Part shown: positions 52,701 through 64,000 of the stretch, one piece after another
Position numbering within the stretch: position 1 is the stretch's first letter
Layout of the letters: every line of letters begins with the position of its first letter
From: Podarcis pityusensis
Lineage: Eukaryota
Assembly (NCBI GenBank): GCA_964106645.2
Contig: OZ067039.1
Direction: 5' to 3' (one strand)
Length of the DNA stretch: 64,000 nucleotides
Notes under the pieces: model-generated
Seen by the model: the letters and a program-made list of their open reading frames with translations, nothing else
What the model was told of the DNA's origin: nothing
Database searches by the model: none
Program-made: the position numbers and the translations under genes

Positions 52701-54429
52701 GATCTCTGCACTTATTATAATGAGGGCAAGCTACACTTCACTATTTTCTCTGGTCCAGAACTTTCTGTAACTGTAATAATGTAAATTTTCATAAGCAACC
52801 CTCCAAAAAAACTCCCAGAGGGAACAAAGATAGCACTGACAAATGTAAGGAAGCCACTGAAGCTCATCCAGCAGTGGCCTCCTTGCTAAGTTCTCCCCTT
52901 CACTCTCCTCTGAACATCTGGCATCAGGGAAGTACAAGAACTTCACATCTGGAAAAGAGCCAACCAAGGTAGGCTTCTAATTTTCTAATGCAGAATCCTT
53001 TCATTAGACCTTCCTTAATAATCCCCGTTCAACCACTGAATCTGGTCAATTGCTTAAAAGGTACAAGAAGGTGCCTCCAAAAAGCATTACAAAATGTCTT
53101 GTATTTCTACTCGCTTCTTAACAATTGGCAATGTTCTCCAGAAATGCCCTTATGGATGCTAGCAATTCCACAGGACCTAAAGCAATTCCCATGCCCTATC
53201 AGGTGAATGGTGAAGTCACCAAGGCCTCATACAATGGGTTTGTTTGCTTTTTGTTTATGTGTCACAGCTACTTATTCATTCCTGAACTAGGAATTGGGTT
53301 TAGCCGCCTATGGCTCCTCCTTGATGCACTGGAAATCACTAGCATACAGGGGTGTGGGAAACTGTTGATATGCAAGTGAGAACAATCTTAGAATGGGTAT
53401 CAACATGTCTTAAAGGGCTGCCTGGGGCCTAGGCGCTTATCAGACTTTCCTCTTAAAGCACAGATATTATGTACATGACCACAGATTTGACGGTGCACTC
53501 AAAGGATGCTTGGCTATCATTTCAATTTGCACTCGTTTTAGAAATCCGGTATGATACAGTGTTAGACATTTAACAGATTTACATTGAATATTATTTTTCG
53601 TTCTAAAGATGGAAAGCTTATAAAAAAGGGAGCGTGCCCTGCATTGGTAAAGGAAGTGATTGGCCCATATTCTCAATTTCAAAGAAGTCACACTGCATAC
53701 TTCCTTAATTAGGAGAAACTATTTAGCAATAATGATGTTGAAACTTCATGGAAACACACAAAAGGGTATGTGGTAACACATTTCTACCGGTTGTTTTATT
53801 TTTTAATTAATTTATTTTTTTAAAGAAGAGTGTCATTACCATATGAAGAGGTGAAAAAGACTGGGGCAGCAGAACGTTAACACAGCAAGTCTCTTCTGCA
53901 ACACTACTATTACTGAAAGGATTGCTTGCGGCATTTTGGTGCCAGGGTCAAAGCTTATAATAACTTCCTCTCCAGTTATTATTTCCTAAAGCACAGCTTA
54001 CAAAAATAAAGTAAGAAACCTGTTTCATATTAACTCTACATAGTTGCTATTTAAAAGGTTAGTTTGAACTAAGACCTTAGGTGTATCCTCTCTCTTTTTC
54101 TATTGACTTAATCCCTCAGTGTTGATACTTTTCTGGCCAAGGAAAGAGCAGCAGATAAAATGCCAGGGCAGCCACCTATCAGGAAGCAGAATCACAGCAG
54201 ATCTCCAGACATTTCCAGAATTGCCTGAAAGTTCTGTGGATGGTGCCAAGATGGCAGATGCTGCCACTGAAAAAAAGTAACTTCTAAAGCTTGACATATG
54301 GCTTCTATGACAGTTGCTCAAAAGCATAGATGGAAGAAAGGTAATGTAGACAATCATAGCTTTACCCTTATTAAGGATATAAAAACAGCACACAACTATT
54401 TACTGGAAAACTATAGTAAGAAAAATGAA

Positions 54430-54498
54430 TATCTATATATCTATATCTATATCTATATCTATATCTATATCTATATCTATATCTATATCTATATCTAT
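54430..54498. repeat. (ATATCT)n microsatellite
   Basis: Seen directly. Confidence 0.95.
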
Positions 54499-54499
54499 A

Positions 54500-54702
54500 C
54501 AGTTGTACCTTGGGTTAAGTACTTAATTCGTTCTGGAGGTCTATTCTTAACCTGAGGTACCACTTTAGCTAATGGGGCCTCCCGCTGTGCCCTCGCTGCA
54601 CGATTTCTGTTCTCATCCTGAAGCAAAGTTCTTAAGCCGAGGTAATATTTCTGGGTTAGCAGAGTCTGTAACCTGAAGCATATGTAACCCGAAGTACCAC
54701 TG
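54500..54702 (+). mobile_element. Tc1/mariner MITE, shorter variant
   Basis: TIRs CAGTTGTACCTTGGGTTA / TAACCCGAAGTACCACTG with TA flanks; abuts (ATATCT)n. Confidence 0.87.
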
Positions 54703-57682
54703 TATATAGATATCTGTTTGTATTAGATGTAACGGTTTGTTGAAAAGTGACACTTTATACTTTAATGAACTTGCAGGTGTTGAAGAAAAAACAAAAACAG
54801 GAAGCATTTTAGAAACCCTAAAAACTGGGCTCCTTGAGGGCAAGATAATTTAAATGAAGAAGTAAAAAAAACATTTTTTTCCCAGTGAGAGGGAAAGCAA
54901 TGACCATATGAAATAAACTTAAAATACCAAGACTAAGCGGTTTTTTGTTTGTTTACCATTTAGTGAGAGGCAAGGGTTGCATTACTGAAAATTATACAGA
55001 GGACTAAGTGTATTAGCTTAGCCACCTTTGAAACTTGCAAAATTGTGTTTACTCTATTCCAGGGCAGCCCAACTTTTCATACCAAGTGTGCTGCAAGAGT
55101 ACTTCAACACGGAACCCATGGGCCACACACTGCCTTGTCACACAAGGTGGGTAGGTGGGTGTCAAAATTTGACACCCCCCCAAGCCCTTGCACTACCTTC
55201 CCAAAGCCAGGTAAGCAAGACGCTTGGATTTGGAAGGTGGCACAAAGGCCCTCCCACCTCCTCCCCAAAGCTTGGAGAACACTAACTAGGGCTTTGAGAA
55301 GGAGGTGGGAGGAATATAGGACCCTGTTAGTCTTGCACCTCCTTGCCAAAGACCAGCTTTGGGGTAGCAGTGCAAGGGCTGGGAGGCATCAAATGTTGCT
55401 GTGGGACACAGAAAAGGGCACTAAGGGCCACATGTGGCCCTTGGGCAACACACTGGACAACCTTCCTCTATTCCCACAGATTCTTCACACTAACACCAAG
55501 ACATGTTGGCACCTGAGGTGAACCACAAAATGGTGGCTGTCCCACCACCACTAGGGAAGAAGGGGAGAGTGAAGATCTACACCCGGGACAAGGGTGTGAG
55601 AAAACCAGCAGTGAAATGGAAGTACAACCAGCAGAGAGAAGACAACCCAAGGAGGATAATGTGTTACACCCTTCGTAAAAGCTGTGCATACACTTCTCTT
55701 CCGCTCTGTTGGTAATCAAGTGCTAAGCAAGGGCCAACTTTTGTGCGAAAAGACAATGAGCTCAGTTTCCATTTTGCTACCGGAAACCAAATTCTGGCAG
55801 TTTAATAAAACAACACAAAACCTAAATCTTACAACCCTGAAGTCTACCCATCTCTGATTTATACAGAGCTTGCCAGCAGTTGATACAACAGAAACATGCC
55901 ACTTTCCAGTTATCATTTTTTAAAAAAAACAACAACCAACATAATGCCAATTTAATGCACAAATACAAAATTAAGCAACTCAAAAGCTGGAGCTCTATAA
56001 TGCAGCTACAACTAATATGAACACCTAACATACAATCTATTTCTGAGAAAAATAATACATTCAGTGTTTTCAAGATGTAGGCTTTTAAAAGCATTGTTTA
56101 GGGCACAGTGATTGTTACATACAAACCTCAGCATCAGCATAATTTTATTCATATGCCACCTTTCTACAAAAACAATCATGCTCAAAGCAGTTTTCAATTG
56201 AGAGAAAAGGAATACAAAATCAAAACCAGTCATGGCAGAAACAATTTCATAATTATGCAACAACAACATAATACCAAATTTAACATACAAAAACCAGCAT
56301 TTTAGTACTAGAAATTTAATGGAATCATACTAACAACATTATACCTCCTGACAATAGCAATAATAATAATAATAACAAAAATAACTCTTGTCCTAGAAAC
56401 ATCTTCCCCATGATGTTGTTCCTGAAAATATAGCTTTGATTCCAAGGATACTTTCAAAAAATAAAATGACAGCACTGAAGTTTTGATCTTAGAAGATGAT
56501 TTAAATACAGCTGATTAATTATCATGTTTTATTTAACAATGGTTTTTTCTGTTTAGTCTGATATCTAAAATTGTGGTCTCAATTTATCGTGTTCAGTATT
56601 TAGAACACTATCAGAGATACAGCCTGTCACTTGAGTAATGTTCAGGTTTCAGCCTTCTGATTCTATGGCTGCACAATTCTATGGCACATGATGCTAAACC
56701 AGAGATTAGCACTATAAGGGCAACCCCAAGAGAAGCATACGAATTGGAGGAGGATTTTGGCTAAGTTTTGAAGAACCTGGTCATAGATTCTAATAAAGCA
56801 ATAGATCCTAGTTTAAAAGGAACTATGATTAGTTTAATATTCCAGAACTTACTTGTTATGAAACTAACCAAAGTTTGCTCTAAATTGAGGACCATATTAG
56901 ATAAAGATAACACTAAAACCAGTATTTAGTTAAAACGAAATGAACTCTTATGAAGCCTTCCTCTCAGCCACACATGTGTAGGAGAGGGGAGGCAGAATGT
57001 GCAAGCCCAACACTCATGTTTGTTCCGGCTCATCCACATACCTCTAAGCCATGATTATCTATGGGCATGGCCTATAGGCTGTAAAAAGAACTTGCCTTAC
57101 AATCTGTCTGGATGAGTAGTCATGAGGTCCTCAAAACAGCCCATAACTTAAACAAATGATTCCAAAAAGCTAAAAACACACTCTCATGTCTACAAGATTG
57201 GCCAGTTGCCTGTTCTGTATGGGGTCCTATTCCCTATGAAAGAACAGGACACTTGGGTCCATCTTTGGTATTAGAAGCTCAGGTGGCCTTAGCAGTTTAG
57301 GAGTGCTTTTTACCACCTACAGCTCACATGTGAACTATGGCTGTACTTGAACAGAGATAGCTTGACCATATTGATTCATGGACTAGTACCCTCAACTCTT
57401 GATTATTGCAATGCACTCAATGTGGGATTACCACCTGGTCTGGACACTCCAGCAAAATGCCCCAAGTCAATCACTGAGATCACATGGGAGGGGCATTGGC
57501 CCCCACTGACCAGATGCACAATTCGTATCAATGAGGAATCATGCCTTCCATGTAGTGGGCTCAACCCTATGGAACTCCCTCCCAGCAGAAATCAGTCATT
57601 GCAAAGTTTCAGACAACTGGTTGAAATGGTTTCATTCCAGGAGGTTTTTATGCTGCAGCTAGAATGCTGGTGGTGACTAACT

Positions 57683-58366
57683 TATGGTTACCAGACGTCC
57701 CTGTTTCCCAGGGACAGTCCCCAGATTTACAAATCTGTCCCCGGACAAAATCCGTCCCCAGAATGTCCCTGGATTTCATTTAATGTCCCCAGATTTATAT
57801 TTTAAGTGTTGTAGATTTACTAGTAGGGAATGAATGTTGCATGAATGGTTCAACGGCACAAGACACATCATATGGGGACTTCTGGCAAGGCAAAATGTCG
57901 GGCGCCACGACAGTGAGCAGCTCCTGAAGCCAGCCAGAGCCAACAGCGCTACTAGGCTGGCTCCAGGCTGCTGAGACTGCCGCTGCTGCTGCCACTGCCA
58001 AGGGGGAAACGGGGATGCCCGGCACATCAACTGGGGGAACCGCTGACACACACACCCCACAACCCAAATCGAGCCAGGAGCCAGAGCACCTGGCCGACTG
58101 CCCAGTGACGCTCCGGGGCCAGGAAAACCCTGGAGCTGATGCAGGGAGAAGGAGGAGAGGAGAAGGAGAAGGGAGAGAGAGAAAGAAGAAGGAGAAAAAA
58201 GAGGAGAGCCCCAAGCTTGCCACGCCGCTGCTGCTGAGGAGGAGAGGTAGGAGAGCACCGGGAGGGCGAGGGCAAGGACATGTGGCTGTGCTTTTTTTAA
58301 TAACTTTTTTCCTCTTTTTTTTTTTTTAAAAAAAAGGTTTTCTTTGAAAAAAATCTGGTAACCTTA
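57683..58366. mobile_element. Non-autonomous hAT (Blackjack-like) element with GC-rich interior
   Basis: TIRs TATGGTTACCAGA / TCTGGTAACCTTA; perfect 8-bp TSD GACTAACT; subterminal GTCCC repeats. Confidence 0.85.
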
Positions 58367-58558
58367 GACTAACTACCACAAGGACTTAAAAGCTTGCACT
58401 GGCTGCCCATATACTATCAAGCCAAGTTAAAGTTTATTTTATATTAATTGACAAGGGCCTTAGTGGGTCTCAGCATACATTGAGGGCTGCCTGATACCTT
58501 ATATCTCTTCTCAATCACTGAGATCTTTGGAAAGTGACTGTTTCTAGTTCCCCATGGC

Positions 58559-58703
58559 CAGTGCTTTTTTTCTGTAAAAAAGTTTAGGGGTACTCTCATT
58601 TTCCTACTCATATTGAAATACTGCCCCTCAATGAGGCCAAACTTAGATTCACAAAATGTTTAGGGGTATGCGTCCCCCCGCGTTCCCCAGAAAAAAAGCA
58701 CTG
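58559..58703. mobile_element. hAT MITE
   Basis: TIR CAGTGCTTTTTTTCT at both ends; flanks CCCATGGC / CCCACAGC. Confidence 0.8.
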
Positions 58704-58953
58704 CCCACAGCTCAGACAAATGACTCATGTGCCTCAGGAGCAGTGGGGTTCAGTATTGCAGGTCCAGGTCTGTAGAACTCCTTTTCAGGCAAGAACACCC
58801 AGATCAGGAGAACTTCCAGTGCTTGGGGAAGGCTTTGATTTCAGCAGCAATTTTAAGTGACTTTTCTTAACTTTATTGCTAATTTTAATTGATTTTATGC
58901 ATCCCTCTTGCATCCTTATAGTACACCACAGAAACTACAGTATTAAGTGATAT

Positions 58954-59473
58954 AGACCTCACCTGGAGTACTGTGTCCAGTTCTGGGCACCACAGTTCAA
59001 GAAGGACACTGACAAACTGGAACGTGTCCAGAGGAGGGCAACCAAAATGGTCAAAGGCCTGGAAACGATGCCTTATGAGGAACGGCTAAGGGAGCTGGGC
59101 ATGTTTAGCCTGGAGAAGAGGAGGTTAAGGGGTGATATGATAGCCATGTTCAAATATATAAAAGGATGTCACATAGAGGAGGGAGAAAGGTTGTTTTCTG
59201 CTGCTCCAGAGAAGCGGACACGGAGCAATGGATCCAAACTACAAGAAAGAAGATTCCACCTAAACATTAGGAAGAACTTCCTGACAGTAAGAGCTGTTCC
59301 GACAGTGGAATTTGCTGCCAAGGAGTGTGGTGGAGTCTCCTTCTTTGGAGGTCTTTAAGCAGAGGCTTGACAACCATATGTCATGAGTGCTCTGATGGTG
59401 TTTCCTGCTTGGCAGGGGGTTGGACTCGATGGCCCTTGTGGTCTCTTCCAACTCTAGGATTCTATGATTCTAT
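58954..59473 (+). mobile_element. CR1 LINE 3' fragment
   Basis: [11 protein letters not shown]...[31 protein letters not shown]2 C-terminus; ends in ATTCTATGATTCTA repeat typical of CR1. Confidence 0.93.
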
Positions 59474-61305
59474 ATATTATTGAAATAGTTTTTAAATTAT
59501 TGCTACTCTGCCTAACTCTAAACATACTCATGACCTAAAATAAGGTCAGTTTTCATGTTATGGAATAAGTTGCTAGTTTTATCTCTTTGTATAAATACTA
59601 TTAGCAAAAAAACAACTTTAACCTATAAAGTACAGCTACAATATAACCATTATGCTATGCAATTTCCTATACAGTATTATTAAACAGCACTGTTGGTGCT
59701 AATTCCTGCTGTACGAAGCCCTTTAGAGGTTGTGACCAGTCTGAAAAGTCATATGGTATCTGCAAGACACCCCCATTTGAAGAACATAATTACTGATTTT
59801 GTTATGTAAACCATTCAATTAAAAATTATATATGCAATTTAAATTAATTGTTTTATACATGTTTTATTATATTGTGAAATCACTCCGAGATGCTTAACAG
59901 ATTAATAAATGAAATAAATTAACAGTATCAACACAGAAAAGCAGCTCACCTAGCATTTGGTAAATCATTTTTCACTGACAAAATGCATTTTGAGATGCAC
60001 ATACTAGTTAGGAGAGAACATCTGCTTCATGCTGTAATTTTAAGTTCATATTTTACATTAATGAATGCTATTGCTTGTAACATAAAAAGCAAGATAATCT
60101 CTGAGTCTCCTGGGTTTGATTGCTGCCTGCTATTAATGTTCTTGTTGTTTATAATAGTACTGATTTAGCTGGCAAGCACAGAAAGAGCTATGTGCCGGCA
60201 CCCACAGGGGTTTCTCATTTCCTAATTACAATATGGGCTGTTAAATTTGGAATGCACTCAGTATTTACTAAACTAACTATATTTTGTACACTGTTTTTAA
60301 TGAAGGAACTGCAACTTAATTAGAGGCAACACATAAACAAGGAATCTTGTGAGGAGTCAACTTACTGTTCTGGGTAAATCCAGGCCAAGAGGGGAACATA
60401 AATGTTTTAAGATCAAATATCATAAGAAGATTGAAATGTGGCAAGCATATTAATCCAGGTTTTCTCCCTTTCATAACTTTGTTTTACAAATAAAAATGCA
60501 ATACAATGGTGCTTTTAAAATGATTTCTAAACACCCTTAAACCTATGAAGCTTTCCAGCTGTTAAGCCATCCAAACTCGGAGTCTGGATTCATTAGTCAT
60601 CTTGAGAGAAAGAAAGAAAATCCTTATGGTCAAAACACAAGCTTTATCTTGGCTTGAGAAACAGTGATAGGCCCTATGAGTCAGCAGTTTCTTAGCACTT
60701 ACTCATTTAAAACTGAAAATGCAGGGGCAACAGTGATGAATTCAGTAACAGCTACACGCATTTTTCTTTCTTTGCAGGTGTAATTATTAACATTCATTTA
60801 ATAACATTACGGTATATACTATATAGTAAATTGCTATCATATCATTTCTCCTCAATGCCTGCCCCTTTCCTCATCTATAAGATTTTGCAGTATTCAAGAA
60901 GAATATTTACAAGACCCAACTGAATGTCCACATACCATATTTAACTCATTATTTTCTTCTTCTGCCTATTCTAACTTTTTCTTCTCCTCTTTCACCCCAC
61001 CCACCTTCTCTCATGTACCGTCTTCTCTTTAAAATGTTTTTGCTTGCTTTGTCTTCTGGGGAAGATCAAATCTCAACCTCAAATAGCACTCCCCTACACC
61101 TCTTTTCTTTCCCTACAGACCATTTTGCTTCCCTGCACCTCTTAAATCCCTGAATCACAGGCCACGTTTGCTCCTCATAATAAATATTTGTAGACTATCT
61201 TTACATTCTTGTCTGCCACGCATTATTAACAACTTTTTAATTCAAGTTATTCCTTGTCATTCCCTCTGTTGTTTGGTTTGCTGCCTTATTTCCTATGTCC
61301 AGGTC

Positions 61306-61443
61306 CAGAGTTTCCCAAACTTAGGTCTCCAGCTGTTTTTGGACTACAACTCCCATTATCCCTAGCTATCAGGACCAGCGGTCAGAGATGATCTAGGAAT
61401 TGTAGCCCAGAAACAGCGGGAGACCCAAGTTTGGGAAACCCTG
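61306..61443. mobile_element. Short palindromic hAT MITE
   Basis: TIRs CAGAGTTTCCCAAACTT / AAGTTTGGGAAACCCTG; TSD TCCAG(G/T)TC. Confidence 0.82.
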
Positions 61444-64000
61444 TCCAGTTCCTTTCCAATAGCTTGACTTTTCTTCATTACTTCTCTAATGACCCCTCCT
61501 CACTTAATTTTTCCACTTCTGTTTCACATCAGTTTGTCAACTACCGACTTCTTTGTTTCCTTGCCACACTACCATTTGGACTGTTTACAAGTGCCTTTAA
61601 TGTATAGATAGCGCAGAAGAGCATTTAATAAGAAACCAGAATGAAAACAATCCTGCCCTCTCCACGGAGCATATTATCATCAAGGCCTCTGGGTAAGATT
61701 TACATTGCACACTCTAACAAGAAGAGCCTATCTTTAGTTGTATATGCAATGTAATCCTGATTTCTCTGGAACCTGAATACTGGGATCAGTTTTGTTAGTA
61801 TACATTGTCGTGGATTAGGGCTGCTCACACCACTTTACAAACAAACACTTTGCATTTATACATACACACAAACACAAATCATGTGCTAAGATACTATGGC
61901 CTTATACAATTGCTCACTTTGTATAACTTGTTCTGTTTCCAAGTGGGTTATTTTGGCCATGGTGGGATTGCTGTGGCTGAACACACCACAACTTTCTCCA
62001 GTTTGAAAAACTGGACTATGGGGAGTCCCACCTTTTCTTGATAATTTATATATGAGGAGTTCACTTTCTATTTATACTCTTATTTCACCAGTGAGTGTGC
62101 AGGGGTTCCTGCTTTGCTCTCACTCCCTGTACATATATTCAAAACCTTCTAACCACTACCACTATTTATTTACAATTAAAGAGGCCTTTATCTATAACAT
62201 GTTCACTGTGCTAGTTTAGATGTGCTAGTTTAGCAAAACCAGCCAAGCACACTTTTATAATTAAAGTGCCGTTCCTAACCCTGTTTAATTTATACTCCAA
62301 TACCCTTAATCTCTATTTTCCAGTCAATCCTGCCACTAGGTCCTGTGAATTTTAGTTGGTGAACTCTGAGCTAGGTTTGCAGGCAGTTCTCACTCTGGTC
62401 AGCTCCAGAAGCTCCTTGCTGAATTCTCCTCACTATGCAAATCACTTATATGACCTCAGGGTCAATCTTTGGCTTAAGCCAGTGATTCAGCTATTTTGAG
62501 GCAGACTGATTCTAGTTTTCTGTAGCCTGGATAGTCCCTTGCCTGTCATCCACCTGCTTCTGCTTCAGCTCAATACTTCAGACTTCTGCCTCAGCCAGTC
62601 TCACTGTCTTTTTCGTTATTGCCTCTTCTTTTTCAGCTCTGAGCCTCTCTTTCCTCTGAACAGCAGAAGAATAGGCCTGTTTATGTTTCAGCCAGCCTAT
62701 CCTTCAGCCAATCAGCTTTTAGTGGCACAAAACCCTCCCCCTCATCAGACCACTTTCTTCATCCAATAAGTGATCAAGAATTTTTACCCAAGTAAGCCAA
62801 TCTGAAGCGCAATTTTACAAACCAAACCCAGTTCTACTAAACACATTTAAAAAACTCCTTTCTCCACATGGACATATAAAAGTACTACCCAATTTTACAT
62901 CTGCCAAGTTTCAATGTGAAAACTTGTGACCTTAAGGCACAGAGAGAATCGGTGCAACTTCTGCTCTAATAGGCAATTTAAAGCTGTAACTAAGTTATCA
63001 TGTACTCAAGGCAGAACTCATGAACTTAGAAAAAGAAGAAGAACAGCAACAAACAGCATTTTTATGTAGCAATTCACATTCTCTGGAACTAGCTGTTTCT
63101 CAGTCGTTTTGATCTGCACTGAGATAGATCACAGTGAATGGTGATCGTGAAATAAGTTTTCAATTAGGATCCAAAGACTACACTTTCTTACTGTAGACAA
63201 TTTAATCTTGTGGAGCTTTTCATTCCAATGCATGTGACACCCTCTGGAATAGTTCCCATTTATATTACCCACAGAGCATCGTGGCAGCTGTTTCCTCATA
63301 GTGGACCCATATTATTTTTCCCCCCTCACATGGAAACCACCCTCTAGAATACTTTTGGTTTATAAACCACATGAACTAATGGGCTGGTATTTTAATGAGC
63401 AATTGGGTATTTAATGGGCAATTGGATATTTTAATGGGCAACTGCAAAATTCATTATTGTTCTGAATACAAAACATTAGATATGTGAGCCTTGTTGACAA
63501 TTTTCATTTCCAGAGGCATCCTTAAATGCCCTGCTGGAGGCACAAAATCCAAAATCGTAATATGCAGGTCAAAAGATTACTTTGTCGTCTGGTGAACCTT
63601 ACGTAAGGCTCCATGAAAAGGAACAAATACAACTAATCCATAAGCGTAAGTAGAATTTGCAGTACTTGACCAACTGTAAGAGTCTGTGGTATTTTAAAAA
63701 TGCAGAATGACCTTTACTAAGAAACAAAATAATTATTTGGCAAGCCAGCATAGGGCAGCATTCAAGTCTTCAATATACTAAGCACTCTTTAAGGGGAGGT
63801 GGAAGGGGGAGAGTGTTTGTAAGGAAACCATTCATTTTCTGAACTGTAAACTACATTCTTCTATGATTTAATAGGTTATACCATCATGGTATCTTTTGTA
63901 AGTCTGTGACATAGTTGCATCTAAAGAACATATATTCTGACCATAAGTTCTGTTTCAGGATGTAAGGAAAATAACGGACAAAAACCTTTCATCCAGGTCA

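Noticed and set aside
52731-52967. Acceptor-like CTCTTTTCCAG and ORF on the minus strand in intron 3
   Set aside because: In the phase expected after exon 3 it reads ATG TGA at once, and I found no convincing donor
57776-58329. Overlapping 84-160 aa ORFs and a CpG-island-like promoter
   Set aside because: All lie inside a TIR- and TSD-bounded hAT element; GC-rich low-complexity DNA is depleted of stops

Overview
Vertebrate genomic DNA, most likely from a lacertid lizard (inferred from abundant young Sauria/POM-type SINEs plus Bov-B, CR1 and L2 LINE fragments). The whole window lies inside the protein kinase C alpha gene (PRKCA) on the minus strand. Nine consecutive coding exons were read directly, each with GT-AG boundaries and phases that join into one frame. 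Using human numbering from memory they are exons 4-12, covering C1B, C2, the V3 hinge and the start of the kinase domain. The rest is intron, rich in SINEs, LINE fragments, hAT and Tc1/mariner MITEs and microsatellites; nearly all listed ORFs are spurious or repeat-derived. No prokaryote-type system (CRISPR, operon) is present. The most interesting unexplained structure is in the 4-kb intron 4: a non-repetitive-looking stop-free frame behind a good acceptor in phase with exon 4 (candidate unannotated exon), next to a ~290-bp-arm inverted repeat with a SINE in one arm. Other points are substitutions in conserved PKC-alpha motifs and inverted repeat pairs that could form dsRNA or circRNA.
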